From: Octopus sinensis | Lineage: Eukaryota | Direction: 5' to 3' | Length of the DNA: 64,000 nt | Assembly: GCF_006345805.1 (NCBI RefSeq) | Contig: NC_042998.1 | Span: forward strand, 26,102,001 to 26,166,000 | Shown here: piece by piece, positions 27,325 through 40,416 of the stretch | Numbering within the stretch: the first letter of the stretch is position 1 | How the letters are laid out: each line of letters starts with the position of its first letter | The notes under the pieces: model-generated | Told to the model about the DNA's origin: nothing | Database searches by the model: none | The model's input: only the letters and a program-made list of their open reading frames with translations | Translations under genes and position numbers: made by a program

Positions 27325-29496
27325 CATATATACATGTATACATACATATACACATATATATATATTATATATATATATATTATATATACATACATACAGA
27401 TATACATATATATGATGTTGATGATATATATATATATATATATATATCTATATATATATATATATATATATAAATATCATCATACACAAACATACATAGA
27501 TACACACATACACACACACACATATATTAGTATGTGTGTATGTGTGTTAGCAACATGAAGCAAGTTTTTTTTACAAAAACAATGATTTTTCTATCATATA
27601 TTTGATGATAACAATGGTTTTTGTCTTTACATACTGCATCAAAAAATGAAGAACCACACTGAAAAGAAAGGAAACTTTACAGATTTATAGAATAACAGAC
27701 ATTGGAAACAAAAGAAACAAAGACAATGATTTTCATTTTCATTTTTTTAATTAAATTTTTTTTCCTAATGAAATTCTAAAATTAAGTAGTGCAAAGCTGA
27801 AAAATATTTAAGTGAATCAAATGAGACCTGATTTAGATGTTTTATTCTGTGGTACTTAATAACTGCATTTCAGTTAAAATAAAAGGTTATTCAATCATAC
27901 ATCTGTTTATAAATACATAAAAAGAGTTAGTAATTTTAACAAAATAAGCAACAGAGAGATTTTTGAATTTTAACAAAAAGGATATTACACCAAAATGTCT
28001 ACCAAGTCTTATGAGTGCCTGGGAAAAAATCTAGCAAATGAATATGACATCAAAACATCTGATAATTCTTGAAATGTATTCAGATACTATACAATGCATT
28101 CTATAAGAAGATATGAAACATTTTTCTTGATTTTATTTTTCTGTAGTCTGATATTTTTGTCTAGTGGATTTCCCATCAACTGACAGGAATGTGGAAGTTA
28201 ATGCAATAGCTACTCAACTGCAGCTGTGAATGGATGGAAATAACTAAAAATAGAGGCATCCTAATCAGAATACAGCAAATTGTAAAAGTACAGTAGTGAA
28301 ACAACACAACAGAAATTATATAGAAACACTTGTTTTGTTGATGTAAAAATATTTAATAGATATAAAGTAATACAATGTAGCCAAAACATTTAGATATTTC
28401 TGTAAGTGACCTTGTAAGTATTAAATGAAGAATGTTAGATGTCAGAACAAATATATTTACAATTTCTTACCAAAACTAACAAAATGAAATATAGATTTAA
28501 TTAAGATTCCTACATATACATACAAAAACAAACTGGAATGATTAAATAATTGCACCTATATATGAAAACAATTTCATTGTATAGCTTTGAAGTTATTTAT
28601 TAAAGACTAGAAATCTCTAAAAGATAAAGTTTTGAATCTAAAGTAAATATTTTTATGCTGAAAATATTTAATTTCTAAGAGTAAAAGAAGATAATTAGTT
28701 GGTGTTAACATGCCTGGAATGTGAATGAAGCTTAATATTAATTGCTTTAACTGGTCTCTGCAAAGGGTGCCAGTCAGGACCATAAAAGAAGCTTTTAAGG
28801 GAGTTGTTGGTTGAGAGAAATAATATTTAGGAAGGATAATAATAACAAATGTAAATGCTTTATTAATGCATATTATTTAAACAGATTAAATAAACAAATA
28901 GAAACATATAGTTAATCAGGAGGAAGCTCTGCTTGTTAATTCAAGTGAGCCATCACTATGACCTATCCATTTTGGCTATAGCCTTCTCAAGAGAGCCATC
29001 ATATAAGCTCTCAATAATATACAATGACCGGATGTCTAGTTCTATACAAGATACAACTACAACTAAAGTAGATGGAGGAGGTGCTAATGGAGAATACAAA
29101 ATATGTTGTTACCAATTAAAATTATACATGTCATGAAGAGGAAAATTATTAGCTTGAATGAGAAATCTTGCCAAGAAAGGAAAGGAAGATAACTCTGAAA
29201 TTCAAATAGATTAAAAATTGAATGGAGCATACATTCATAGGTGAATCTTGGCTTTGGTAAGCAAGATGACAACTCTAGACATGTTTTAGCATTATTAATC
29301 CTCTTTGGAATGACAGAAAGAATACATAGAAATTTGAGTGGAGAATATTCAGTGTTTAGGTAACATAATAACATGAAGAAATTTTCCAGGGACGGCTTCT
29401 GCATGAAGATATTTTTCACTGGGCAGAGAGACTAACATTACTTAATGTAGTGAGGAGCCAAAAATAAATTTCAACCAATTACAATCACATCCATAA

Positions 29497-29722
29497 TTAA
29501 CTCCTTAGCATTCAGATTACTCTGTCAAATGTAATGCTTATTTATTCACATTGTTTTGAATTTATCATACATTATCTTGTAGCTTTGAGATTTCAATGAT
29601 GTGATCGTTTATTTTTAGAATGACATTGTATGGTAAGTGTGTGAGGCCTGACCTGGCCACTTTGAATGCAAGTAAGGTAGAATATTTGGGCCTGATATGA
29701 CTGGTGTGAGTATTAAAGGGTC
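29497..29722. mobile_element. piggyBac-type MITE (diverged copy)
   Basis: ttaactccttagcattcagattactctgtcaaatgtaatgc.. matches 34121-34349. Confidence 0.75.
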
Positions 29723-29959
29723 AGAGGAAAAGTTCTTCCATCCATTTACTCCATTCACAATTCTGGGAGATTCGTGAGGGTAGAATCACCAGGAACCTCC
29801 TCCATAGGGCCCTAGAAGAATCAGCTGCCATTTCACTCACTGGCTAGATTCCCAAGCATGACCAGCTGAGATTAATGAATGATACCCAGCCATCTCATTC
29901 TTGGTCTAACCCTCAGTTATCTGCTGATTGGTTCACTTGAAGAAGACATCTTGCAATTC

Positions 29960-30240
29960 TTTCCTGCAACATTCTAATCATGCAAGATGGTTCAGACCTC
30001 TGGAAAGTACCAATAAAATGGCAACCCAGGGTGATAAACCCAATTTTTAAAATAGGGAGACAAGAATACTCTAATTAGAGAGGTGTCTCCTTGCTGAGCT
30101 TCCCCAGTAAAATCTATGCTAGGTACCTGTAAAAAGAGATGAAGGGAGACTGCTGAGCCCAAATTTGCTGAAGAACAACAGTGTGGATGCAACACATGAA
30201 ACCAGATATTCACTCTGCTGTAGGTCTTTGAGAAAAGGAA
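29960..30240 (+). mobile_element. Decayed RTE-clade LINE reverse-transcriptase fragment
   Basis: The translation reads ..VP.KWQPRVINPIFK..DK..YSN*RGVSLLSFPSKIYARYL..AEPKFAEEQQCG..QIFTL..VFEK. This matches the NYRGISLLS..GK.YA..EEQCGF RT motifs, with stops. Confidence 0.8.
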
Positions 30241-31105
30241 AAGTAATTAGTTTTAATGATGATTCTTATTAAGAAAAGCAATCCAAAATCTAAATTGATT
30301 AAAAGTTGAATGGAGCCATGCAGTGAAGAATGTGTCTAAGAGTAGTTTTTAAATATAATTTTTCTTTTTCAGGAAGTGTAGTTTTAAAAGTAAGTAGTTC
30401 ATCTATAATGAATATTTTTAAATTTTCACTAAAAATCAAACAGAAACTAATATTAGAAACCAAATCTAAAAGAAAAATTATGTTCCAAATCAAAGGAAAA
30501 TATTCAGTATTTATCTTATTTAACATCTCTCTTCAGTATGTTTCTCCTTTCAATTTATTAGGAATTTTCTGCATTTTGCTTCTTTTTTTTTATATATATT
30601 TTGGTGTTTTTATATTTACAAAAATACTGCTATTTACATTATCACACTAAGATAAATTTTTCTTTTTAATGAAATATTTTTTTTGAAAAACACCCTATTC
30701 AATATATTTCACTGTGATACATAAGCACTTTTAGAAAGTACATCTTCACACTCACCAACTGAAAAATCTGTATTGAAGACAGAATTGAAACTACTTGCTT
30801 TGTGCTAGAATTTTATTCAGTAGCTATTTAGCACTGTAAGCTACGCAATCAGCAACTTCTCCATTTATCCCTACATGTTCATTGATTTATTTCTTATTGC
30901 ACAGTCTCCAAGTATAAAATTCCATTTGCCTTTTCAAACAACAATAACATAAAGCTTCTCTTCTCCATCCAAGTTTGACAGCACCTACTCAGTATCAGGA
31001 TTCCTAGATAAATCATATATACATACATACACATACATACATACATACATACATATCTATCTATATATATATATATCCATATATATCTATATATGTATAT
31101 ATATA

Positions 31106-31191
<86 letters not shown>

Positions 31192-32710
31192 TGATGATAT
31201 ATATATATATATGTGTGTATGTATTCTACACAGCTTGGCTTTCTTATTATCTAGTTTTGTTTTCTCTTTATCATTTTCTTTATTTAATAACATTGCTTCG
31301 TACAATACTCTGGTCTGTCACATATCATTGCTTTTCTGTCACATATCATCAATATAAAACATGCTGAACACTAAATTAATGATACTACAAAGTTGTTTGT
31401 CAAATTTATAGCCATATCATTGATTATCCTTCTAGTATCTACATATTTGATATGATATTTATAGACTTACTATAAATTGCCTCAGGTATTTTTATCTTTA
31501 TTATGACCGATAATATCATTTTGTTTCAATATCTTGAAATACAACAATAAACTTTACTTCCTGCAATACGGCAGCAATATCATTTCTAGGTTTCTGTTCT
31601 TACAACATTATCACATGATCAGTATTGCGAGTTTATATAAATAGCTATAATCCTCTTTCATTGCAATACAACTGTTACTATTCCTTATGTATTTATATAT
31701 ATATTTTTAATTTGATCATATTTATCTTCTGCAGTGACAGTATTTTTCAATATAGTTTTTTTTATTTCAGAATTCTCCAAGCAATTCACTTGATGCCTTG
31801 AAAGTATTTCCAAAGACCAGAACATGATTTAAAGCAGAACTAAACAAAGCAGATATCATTACACTGCATAGACGCTTCCTTTCTAGATGGCTCACTAAGT
31901 TATTTAGAATCAAAATGTAAGTGATATTAATAGGATAGTAATGGCAGCATAAATAATGGTTACAGAACTATCTCTGATCCAGATCAATTTATAATATAAA
32001 AGTAACAATATTTTAAGAGAATATCAGAGTGGTAATATAATAAATTAAGGTATTTTTGTTGCATTTGCTTACAGCAGTTAAATTATCTTAAAGAAGATTT
32101 CAAAGGTAAAGATGATTATGCTTAGGGAAATAATATACTGAAAATGTAATTAGTTAGATACATAAATCTTTTTCTGCTTTCTTTGGAACTAAACAATAAA
32201 ATACAATTAGTAATTTTACAATATTCCTTTTTGATGTCTGTCTATATAAAACAAGAAAATATTGTAAGCCATGATAAAAATATTCCCTTTTGATATTGTT
32301 CTGAGTTAAATTGGAAAATGCTACTAATTAAGCTGGAATATGGAACTTTGATATTTTTATGAACAAAAAGCAAAATCAAAAAAGCTTATAGCAATACTAA
32401 TGGTTTCCCCTTCGAAATGTGTTCTTAACATTTAGTCAGGAGAGCTGTTGATGATAGAACAGGAAGTTTGAAAACGTCTACATTATGGTTTTTCATACAT
32501 TACACAAATATGGTCAATGATATGTCAGCCCTTCAAGCATAAGGAAACAAATATCTAGAAAAGTGATATTCTAAATTAGAGAATTTAGATTCTTTGGCTT
32601 TGTTTTAAATGTAAGAAACAATCAATGTGTTGTTTCTAAGGAATATACAGCAGTATAGGCCAACTTTTTGACAAGAAGGATCAAAGAAACATTAAAACTA
32701 TCAAATTCGA

Positions 32711-33172
32711 TGACTGGCATCCGTGCTAGTGAAGCACTAACAGCACCATCCGAGTGTGATCATTGCCAGAGCAGCTAACTGGCTTCTGTGCCGGTGGTGT
32801 GTAAAAAGCACCATTTGAGCGTGATCGTTACCTGCATCACCTTACTGGCACTTGTGCTGGTGGCACTTTAAAAAAACATTTGAGTGAGGTCGTTGCCAGA
32901 GCCGCTGGACTGGCTCCTGTGCAGGTGTTACATAAAAAGCACCTTTTGAGCGTGGCCATTGCCAGCACTGCCTGTCTGGCCCTCGTGCCGGTGGCATGTA
33001 AAAGCACCCACTACACTCTTGGAGTGGTTGGCATTAGGAAGGGCATCCAGCTGTAGAAACTCTGCCAGATCAGATTGGAGTCTGGTGCAGCCATCTGGTT
33101 CGCCAGACCTCAGTCAAATCGTCCAACCCATGCTAGCATGGAAAGCGGATGTTAAACGATGATGATGATGAT
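32711..33172 (+). mobile_element. SINE family B, long copy with internal tandem units
   Basis: Repeated gtaaaaagcaccatttgagcgtg units followed by the standard family-B 3' end and (GAT)n. Confidence 0.9.
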
Positions 33173-33232
33173 TTTGAAGAAAACTACTATTTTTAAATCT
33201 CACAACATGGGATATTCAGTAACAGTACTTTG

Positions 33233-33443
33233 TAGTAAAGATTGTTTGCCAACATAACATGGCAGTCCTGGTTTAGGACGAATGTTGCTGTAATTTTGCC
33301 CCAGGAGACATTGTCTCCAGCTGGCTATACAACATGATCTGTGTCGTATAGCCAGCTGGAGACAATGTCTCCTGGGGCTAAATTACAGCAACATTCGTCC
33401 TAAACCAGGACTGCCATGTTATGTTGGTAAGCAATCTTTACTA
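33233..33443. mobile_element. ~210-bp near-perfect palindromic MITE-like element
   Basis: Arms of ~98 bp (tagtaaagattgtttgccaacataacatggcagtcctggtttaggacgaatgttgctg..ctccagctggctatac) around a ~15-nt loop, with very few mismatches. Confidence 0.9.
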
Positions 33444-34120
33444 TCATTTTGAAGTTGCAGAGCATGACTACCATTCTCTGCTCTTCCTTTTTTTTTTGTT
33501 TTGTTTTTTTTGGTAACTAATGTGGAAAATAATTGAAGTAGAATGTATCTATAACTTGCCCATGCGGAACAAAACTAATTATATTATCAACTTCATTGAT
33601 ATTCCCTATCACTCATATTTTCGGACACATAAATACATAAAAGATGCTTATGAAATATAACTCTTCTACCCATTAATGTGTGATAACTGAACTGGCACTT
33701 CATTAGTGGCATTGATGAGGGTTCCAGTTGGTTCAGTCAATGAAACATCCTGTTCATGAAATTAATGTGCACGTGGTTGAGTACTGCACAGATACACATA
33801 CCCTAAACATAGTTCTCAGGGACAATCAGCATGATACAGAATGTGACAAAAAGACTGGCCCCTTGAAATACAGGCACAACTCATTTTTGCTAGCTGTGTG
33901 GACTAGAGCAATGTGAAATAAAGTGTCTTGATCAAGGATGCAGTGTGCCACTGGGAATTGAACTCACAACCTTACGTCTGTGAACTAAATAGCCAAACCA
34001 TAAAGCAGCATGTTTTCACACTGATATGTGATATGATTTTGGTCAATAAGTGGAGAGAATACTTCATTCTTTGGGGAGAATTTTAGTTTCAAGTTTATTT
34101 TTGATTTAACACAAACTGAA

Positions 34121-34349
34121 TTAACCCTTTAGCATTCAGTTTATTCTGTCAAATGTAATGCTTATTTATTCATATTATTTTGAATTAATCATGCACTATC
34201 TTGTAGCTTTGAAATTTCGATTATGGGATTGTTAACTTTTAGCATGACATTGTAGGGTAGGTGTGAAAGGCAGGATTTAGCCAATTTGAGCATGAAACAA
34301 ACAGAACATTTTGGGCCGGATATAGCTATTTTAAATGCTAATGGGTTAA
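34121..34349. mobile_element. piggyBac-type MITE, intact
   Basis: TTAA at both ends and terminal inverted repeats ccctttagcatt / aatgctaatggg. Four copies occur in the window. Confidence 0.8.
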
Positions 34350-34424
34350 AAATAAAGATAAATAATTCATTTCTTTTTTTATGTGCAGAAAGAGTTCAAG
34401 CTTTTCTGTTCAAGCCATCATCAT

Positions 34425-37400
34425 GAGAGTAAATAAATGGAGGTGGTGAGGTAAGATGATCCATATGTATGCAATATTTGCCATCAGTAAAGGATCAGAA
34501 AAACCACAATGTGTTGTTTATAACAAACTTTGTCAAATGATTCCATGAAACCAATCAAGTTAAGGGCAACATTAGCAGAATGTTCGCCCTTAACACATGG
34601 ACAAGAGCAATAGACTTTTTGGACATATTGTTCTTGAAAAGATGAAACTGGATTTAACAGGGAAATACTAAGGAATAAAGTAAAAATTCTGTTGAAGTTT
34701 CTAATGTTGTGGCACAGGAGATTTCAAAGCAGAAAAAAAAAGCAACAACATGAAATTGAGGTCATTTGGATTAAACCTTGGGTTCTCAGAATGGTGGAAC
34801 TTGTATTGAGAATGGTTGGAAAAAAACCTTGTAACAGTTTCGCTATCAAACAGTATTGTTCACAGGAAGAGTGGTTACAGAGTCATTGACCTTAGGATCA
34901 AATTGTGCTGGAGACTAAAATTTAACTTGACTCAATGATGCATCATCATACTCCCAAGTTCTGGCATTTGTAAGAAATGTTTGCTTAGATTTATTTAAAG
35001 AGAAGTTTCACTTTTGTGCTCCTTCTGAAACAACTACCAAACTCTCAGGTGTTTTGGAAAAATCTTTATGGAATCAGAAAATCCAAACTCTCAGGTGTTT
35101 TGGAAAAGGATTTATGGAATCAGAAAATCCAAACTCTCAGGTGTTTTGGAAAAGGTTTTATGGAATCAGAAAATCCAAACTCTCAGGTATTTTGGAAAAG
35201 GCTTTATGGAATCAGAAAATCCAAACTCTCAGGTGTTTTGGAAAATGCTTTATGGAATCAGAAAATCCAAACTCTCAGGTGCTTTGGAAAAGGCTTTATG
35301 GAATCAGAAAATCCAAACTCTCAGGTGTTTTGGAAAAGGCTTTATGGAATCAGAAAATCCAAACTCTCAGGTGTTTTGGAAAAGGCTTTATGGAATCAGA
35401 AAATCCAAACTCTCAGGTGTTTTGGAAAAGGCTTTGTGGAATCAGAAAATCCAAACTCTCAGGTGTTTTGGAAAAGGCTTTATGGAATCAGAAAATCCAA
35501 ACTCTCAGGTGTTTTGGAAAAGGCTTTATGGAATCAGAAAATCCAAACTCTCAGGTGTTTTGGAAAAGGCTTTATGGAATCAGAAAATCCAAACTCTCAG
35601 GTGTTTTGGAAAATGCTTTGTGGAATCAGAAAATCCAAACTCTCAGGTGTTTTGGAAAAGGCTTTATGGAATCAGAAAATCCAAACTCTCAGGTGTTTTG
35701 GAAAATGCTTATGGAATCAGAAAATCCAAACTCTCAGGTGTTTTGGAAAGGATTTATGGAATCAGAAAATCCAAACTCTCAGGTGTTTTGGAAAAGGCTT
35801 TGTGGAATCAGAAAATCCAAACTCTCAGGTGTTTTGGAAAAGGCTTTATGGAATCAGAAAATCCAAACTCTCAGGTGTTTTGGAAAAGGCTTTATGGAAT
35901 CAGAAATCCAACTCCTCTGTGTTTTGGAAAAGGCTTTATGGAATCAGAAAATCCAAACTCTCAGGTGTTTTGGAAAAGGCTTTATGGAATCAGAAAATCC
36001 AACTCTCAGGTGTTTGGAAAATGCTTTATGGAATCAGAAAATCCAAACTCTCAGGTGTTTTGGAAAAGGATTTATGGAATCAGAAATCCAAACTCTCAGG
36101 TGTTTTGGAAAAGGCTTTATGGAATCAGAAAATCCAAACTCTCAGGTGTTTTGGAAAGGATTTATGGAATCAGAAAATCCAAACTCTCAGGTGTTTTGGA
36201 AAAGGATTTATGGAATCAGAAAATCCAACTCTCAGGTGTTTTGGAAAAGGATTTATGGAATCAGAAAATCCAAACTCTCAGGTGTTTGGAAAAGGATTTA
36301 TGGAATCAGAAATCCAAACTCTCAGGTGTTTTGGAAAAGGATTTATGGAATCAGAAAATCCAAACTCTCAGGTGTTTTGGAAAAGGCTTTATGGAATCAG
36401 AAAATACAAACTCTCAGGTGTTTTAGAAAAGGCCTTATGGAATCAGAAAATCCAAACTCTCAGGTGTTTTGGAAAAGGCTTTATTCAATCAGAAAATCCA
36501 AACTCTCAGGTGTTTTGGAAAAGGCTTTATGGAATCAGAAAATCCAAACTCTCAGGTGCTTTGGAAAAGGCTTTATTCAATCAGAAACTCTAAACTCTCA
36601 GGTGTTTTGGAAAAGGCCTTATGGAATCAGAAAATCCAAACTCTCAGGTGTTTTGGAAAAGGCTTTATGGAATCAGAAAATCCAAACTCTCAGGTGTTTT
36701 GGAAAAGGCCTTATGGAATCAGAAAATCCAAACTCTCAGGTGTTTTGGAAAAGGCTTTATGGAATCAGAAAATCCAAACTCTCAGGGGTTTGGAAAAGGC
36801 TTTATGCAATCAGAAAATCCAAACTCTCAGGTGTTTTGGAAAAGGCTTTATGGAATCAGAAAATCCAAACTCTCAGGTATTTTGGAAAAGGCTTTATGGA
36901 ATCAGAAAATCCAAACTCTCAGGTGTTTTGGAAAAGGATTTATGGAATCAGAAAATCCAAACTCTCAGGTGTTTTGGAAAAGGTTTTATGGAATCAGAAA
37001 ATCCAAACTCTCAGGTGTTTTGGAAAAGGTTTTATGGAATCAGAAAATCCAAACTCTCAGGTATTTTGGAAAAGGCTTTATGGAATCAGAAAATCCAAAC
37101 TCTCAGGTGTTTTGGAAAATGCTTTATGGAATCAGAAAATCCAAACTCTCAGGTATTTTGGAAAAGGCTTTATGGAATCAGAAAATCCAAACTCTCAGGT
37201 GTTTGGGAAAAGGATTTATGGAATCAGAAAATCCAAACTCTCAGGTGTTTTGGAAAAGTTTTATGGAATCAGAAAATCCAAACTCTCAGGTATTTTGGAA
37301 AAGGCTTTATGGAATCAGAAAATCCAAACTCTCAGGTGTTTTGAAAAGGCTTTATGGAATCAGAAAATCCAAACTCTCAGGTATTTTGGAAAAGGCTTTA

Positions 37401-40192
37401 TGGAATCAGAAAATCCAAACTCTCAGGTGTTTTGGAACAGGATTTATGGAATCAGAAAATCCAAACTCTCAGTGTTTTGGAAAGGTTTTATGGAATCAGA
37501 AAATCCAAACTCTCAGGTATTTTGGAAAAGGCTTTATGGAATCAGAAAATCCAAACTCTCAGGTTTTGGAAAAGGCTTTATGGAATCAGAAAATCCAAAC
37601 TCTCAGTTATTTTGGAAAAGGATTTATGGAATCAGAAAATCCAAACTCTCAGGTGTTTTGGAAAAGGTTTTATGGAATCAGAAAATCCAAACTCTCAGGT
37701 GTTTTGGAAAAGGCTTTATTCAATCAGAAAATCCAAACTCTTAGGTGTTTTGGAAAAGGCTTTATGGAATCAGAAAATCCAAACTCTCAGGTGTTTTGGA
37801 AAAGGATTTATGGAATCAGAAAATCCAAACTCTCAGGTATTTTGGAAAAGGTTTTATGGAATCAGAAAATCCAAACTCTCAGGTGTTTTGGAAAAGGATT
37901 TATGGAATCAGAAAATCCAAACTCTCAGGTGTTTTGGAAAAGGTTTTATGGAATCAGAAAATCCAAACTCTCAGGTATTTTGGAAAAGGCTTTATGGAAT
38001 CAGAAAATCCAAACTCTCAGGTGTTTTGGAAAAGGCTTTATGGAATCAGAAAATCCAAACTCTCAGGTATTTTGGAAAAGGCTTTATGGAATCAGAAAAT
38101 CCAAACTCTCAGGTGTTTTGGAACAGGATTTATGGAATCAGAAAATCCAAACTCTCAGGTGTTTTGGAAAAGGTTTTATGGAATCAGAAAATCCAAACTC
38201 TCAGGTATTTTGGAAAAGGCTTTATGGAATCAGAAAATCCAAACTCTCAGGTGTTTTGGAAAAGGCTTTATGGAATCAGAAAATCCAAACTCTCAGGTAT
38301 TTTGGAAAAGGATTTATGGAATCAGAAAATCCAAACTCTCAGGTGTTTTGGAAAAGGTTTTATGGAATCAGAAAATCCAAACTCTCAGGTGTTTTGGAAA
38401 ATGCTTTATGGAATCAGAAAATCCAAACTCTCAGGTGTTTTGGAAAAGGCTTTATAGAATCAGAAAATCCAAACTCTCAGGTGTTTTGGAAAAGGATTTA
38501 TGGAATCAGAAAATCCAAACTCTCAGGTATTTTGGAAAAGGTTTTATGGAATCAGAAAATCCAAACTCTCAGGTGTTTTGGAAAAGGATTTATGGAATCA
38601 GAAAATCCAAACTCTCAGGTGTTTTGGAAAAGGTTTTATGGAATCAGAAAATCCAAACTCTCAGGTGTTTTGGAAAAGGATTTATGGAATCAGAAAATCT
38701 AAACTCTCAGGTATTTTGGAAAAGGCTTTATGGAATCAGAAAATCCAAACTCTCAGGTGTTTTGGAAAAGGTTTTATGGAATCAGAAAATCCAAACTCTC
38801 AGGTGTTTTGGAAAAGGATTTATGGAATCAGAAAATCCAAACTCTCAGGTGTTTTGGAAAAGGTTTTATGGAATCAGAAAATCCAAACTCTCAGGTATTT
38901 TGGAAAAGGCTTTATGGAATCAGAAAATCCAAACTCTCAGGTGTTTTGGAAAAGGCTTTATGGAATCAGAAAATCCAAACTCTCAGGTGTTTTGGAAAAG
39001 GCTTTATGGAATCAGAAAATCCAAACTCTCAGGTGTTTTGGAAAAGGCTTTATGGAATCAGAAAATCCAAACTCTCAGGTGTTTTTGGAAAATGCTTTAT
39101 GGAATCGGAAAATCCAAACTCTCAGGTGTTTTGGAAAAGGCCTTATGGAATCGGAAAATCATCTGTGGGATGGTGCAATTGCTTTGCCTGGAACAAAATC
39201 TAGAAGTCAAGTTTGCTTAAAAAAAAGAAACCTTCAAGACGGAAAGATATTTACTGCATGATCAGGTGCCAGCTTCAAAAACATTTCCATCTCTTCTAGG
39301 AAATGTTTTCTGTCAAAACAATGCAAATTGGGAAGTTAATCAAATTGGAAACTTTCAAATTTTTAATCAGTTAAATATTGACAGTTTTGCAAAGATCATT
39401 TATGTCTTTACCATAAAAAATGTCCAATGGATTTCAAGTGGAAACATAACTGAAAGAATATTTGAACTTGGAGAGGATCTCAGTTTCTTTTTTCTTTTTT
39501 TTTTCATTCAGAGAAAGATGGAACTTTTTGTCTGGCTAAAAGATGAGGAAAGGATCAAAAACCTAGCCAGCTTGGTTGATATTATTGAGCAGCAGAATAA
39601 GCTATATTCAAATGCAAAGAATTAATAAAAACATCATAAAATGCAATGGTTCTTTGGAAGCTTTCATAAGCAAACTGAAAAATTGGAAAAGAGCGTATGA
39701 TCAATTTAAGAAACTGTCATCAATTCTTATTGTTAGTGGCAAAGACCAAAAGATGGAATTTTTCATCATCTGACAGCATTGGAAAATGAATTCAGCTGAT
39801 ATTTTCCTGAATTCAGAGATAAAGAGTTTAATATAGTGCAAAATCCATCTAAATTGTCAGTTGAAAAGTTCCTGAAGATTATCAAGATAAATTTCTGGAA
39901 CTGAAGAATGATTCAGAAGTAAGAGATATGTATGATGAGAAATCAATAAGAATTTCGGCCTTTGATGTGTTGTTTCTAAACAAATGTAGCAGAAAGAACT
40001 ATACATGTATTGTTTCTCTTTGTGTCGAAGTAACTTTGTGAGTCAAGCTTTCCGACTCTCTGGAAACTGAAAATGAAGTAATGAAGTAGATTGATTGGAA
40101 GTTGAAAACGACCCACATTATGTTCTTTCAAGCACACATCTTTGTATGCAAGGATTGGCAAAGAAAAAAAGCAATCATAAGTCTCTCATTGA
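34425..40192 (+). pseudogene. Decayed hAT-superfamily (Charlie/Buster, SCAND3/ZBED8-like) transposase interrupted by a satellite
   Basis: Frameshifted motifs occur in the expected order: KPQCVV..SNDSMKPIKL (BED finger); LD.S.D..SYSQVLAFVR; KEKFHFCAPSETTTK; [satellite]; DGAIALPG; WISSG..ERIFEL; WLKDEERIKNLASLVDI; AFISKLKNWK; ENEFS*YFPE; QDKFLELKNDS; LCESSFPTL..VEND..LSST..SH*. Confidence 0.85.
35038..39159 (+). repeat. 46-bp tandem satellite, ~90 copies (tttatggaatcagaaaatccaaactctcaggtgttttggaaaaggc)
   Basis: The ORF track shows a 46-aa period (three monomers). The monomer has no TAA/TAG/TGA on the plus strand. Confidence 0.98.
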
Positions 40193-40416
40193 CTGTAATC
40201 ATTATCAGAATAAAATGAATTAGAATAACCAGTCAGGGATTCTATTGAACTTTCGTTTGTTAAAGTATGCTTCACTCATATTATTTGGCCTCTCTAGTAA
40301 TTAATTATGAATGCAACATAAAATTCTTTTATTCCGAGTTTTAAAATCCCGCAACATTTTCAATTGCTACTAAATCTGTAAAACTACTTTATAAAAATAA
40401 TCCAAGTTTTCAATAT

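Noticed and set aside
30060-30135. Minus-strand exon candidate VPSIDFTGEAQQGDTSLIR
   Set aside because: The plus strand is clearly RTE reverse transcriptase (RGVSLLSFPSKIYAR), so this is an antisense shadow.
31771-31916. Segment with strong acceptor (ttttatttcag) and donor (gtaagt) read as a selenoprotein exon with in-frame TGA
   Set aside because: There are stops in all three frames, no SECIS was seen and the peptide is unrecognised. An earlier donor or chance explains it.
34389-34450. Exon-like segment (tgtgcag..gag/gtaaga)
   Set aside because: All three frames are closed and it overlaps the start of the hAT relic.
35038-39159. CRISPR-like array
   Set aside because: The monomers are contiguous with no unique spacers, there are no cas genes, and the context is eukaryotic.
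35016-39261. Eight long ORFs (157-896 aa) treated as a real repeat-protein gene
   Set aside because: They are fully explained by a stop-free 46-bp monomer. All three frames are equivalent and the flanking transposase is dead. Kept only as a finding, not as a CDS.
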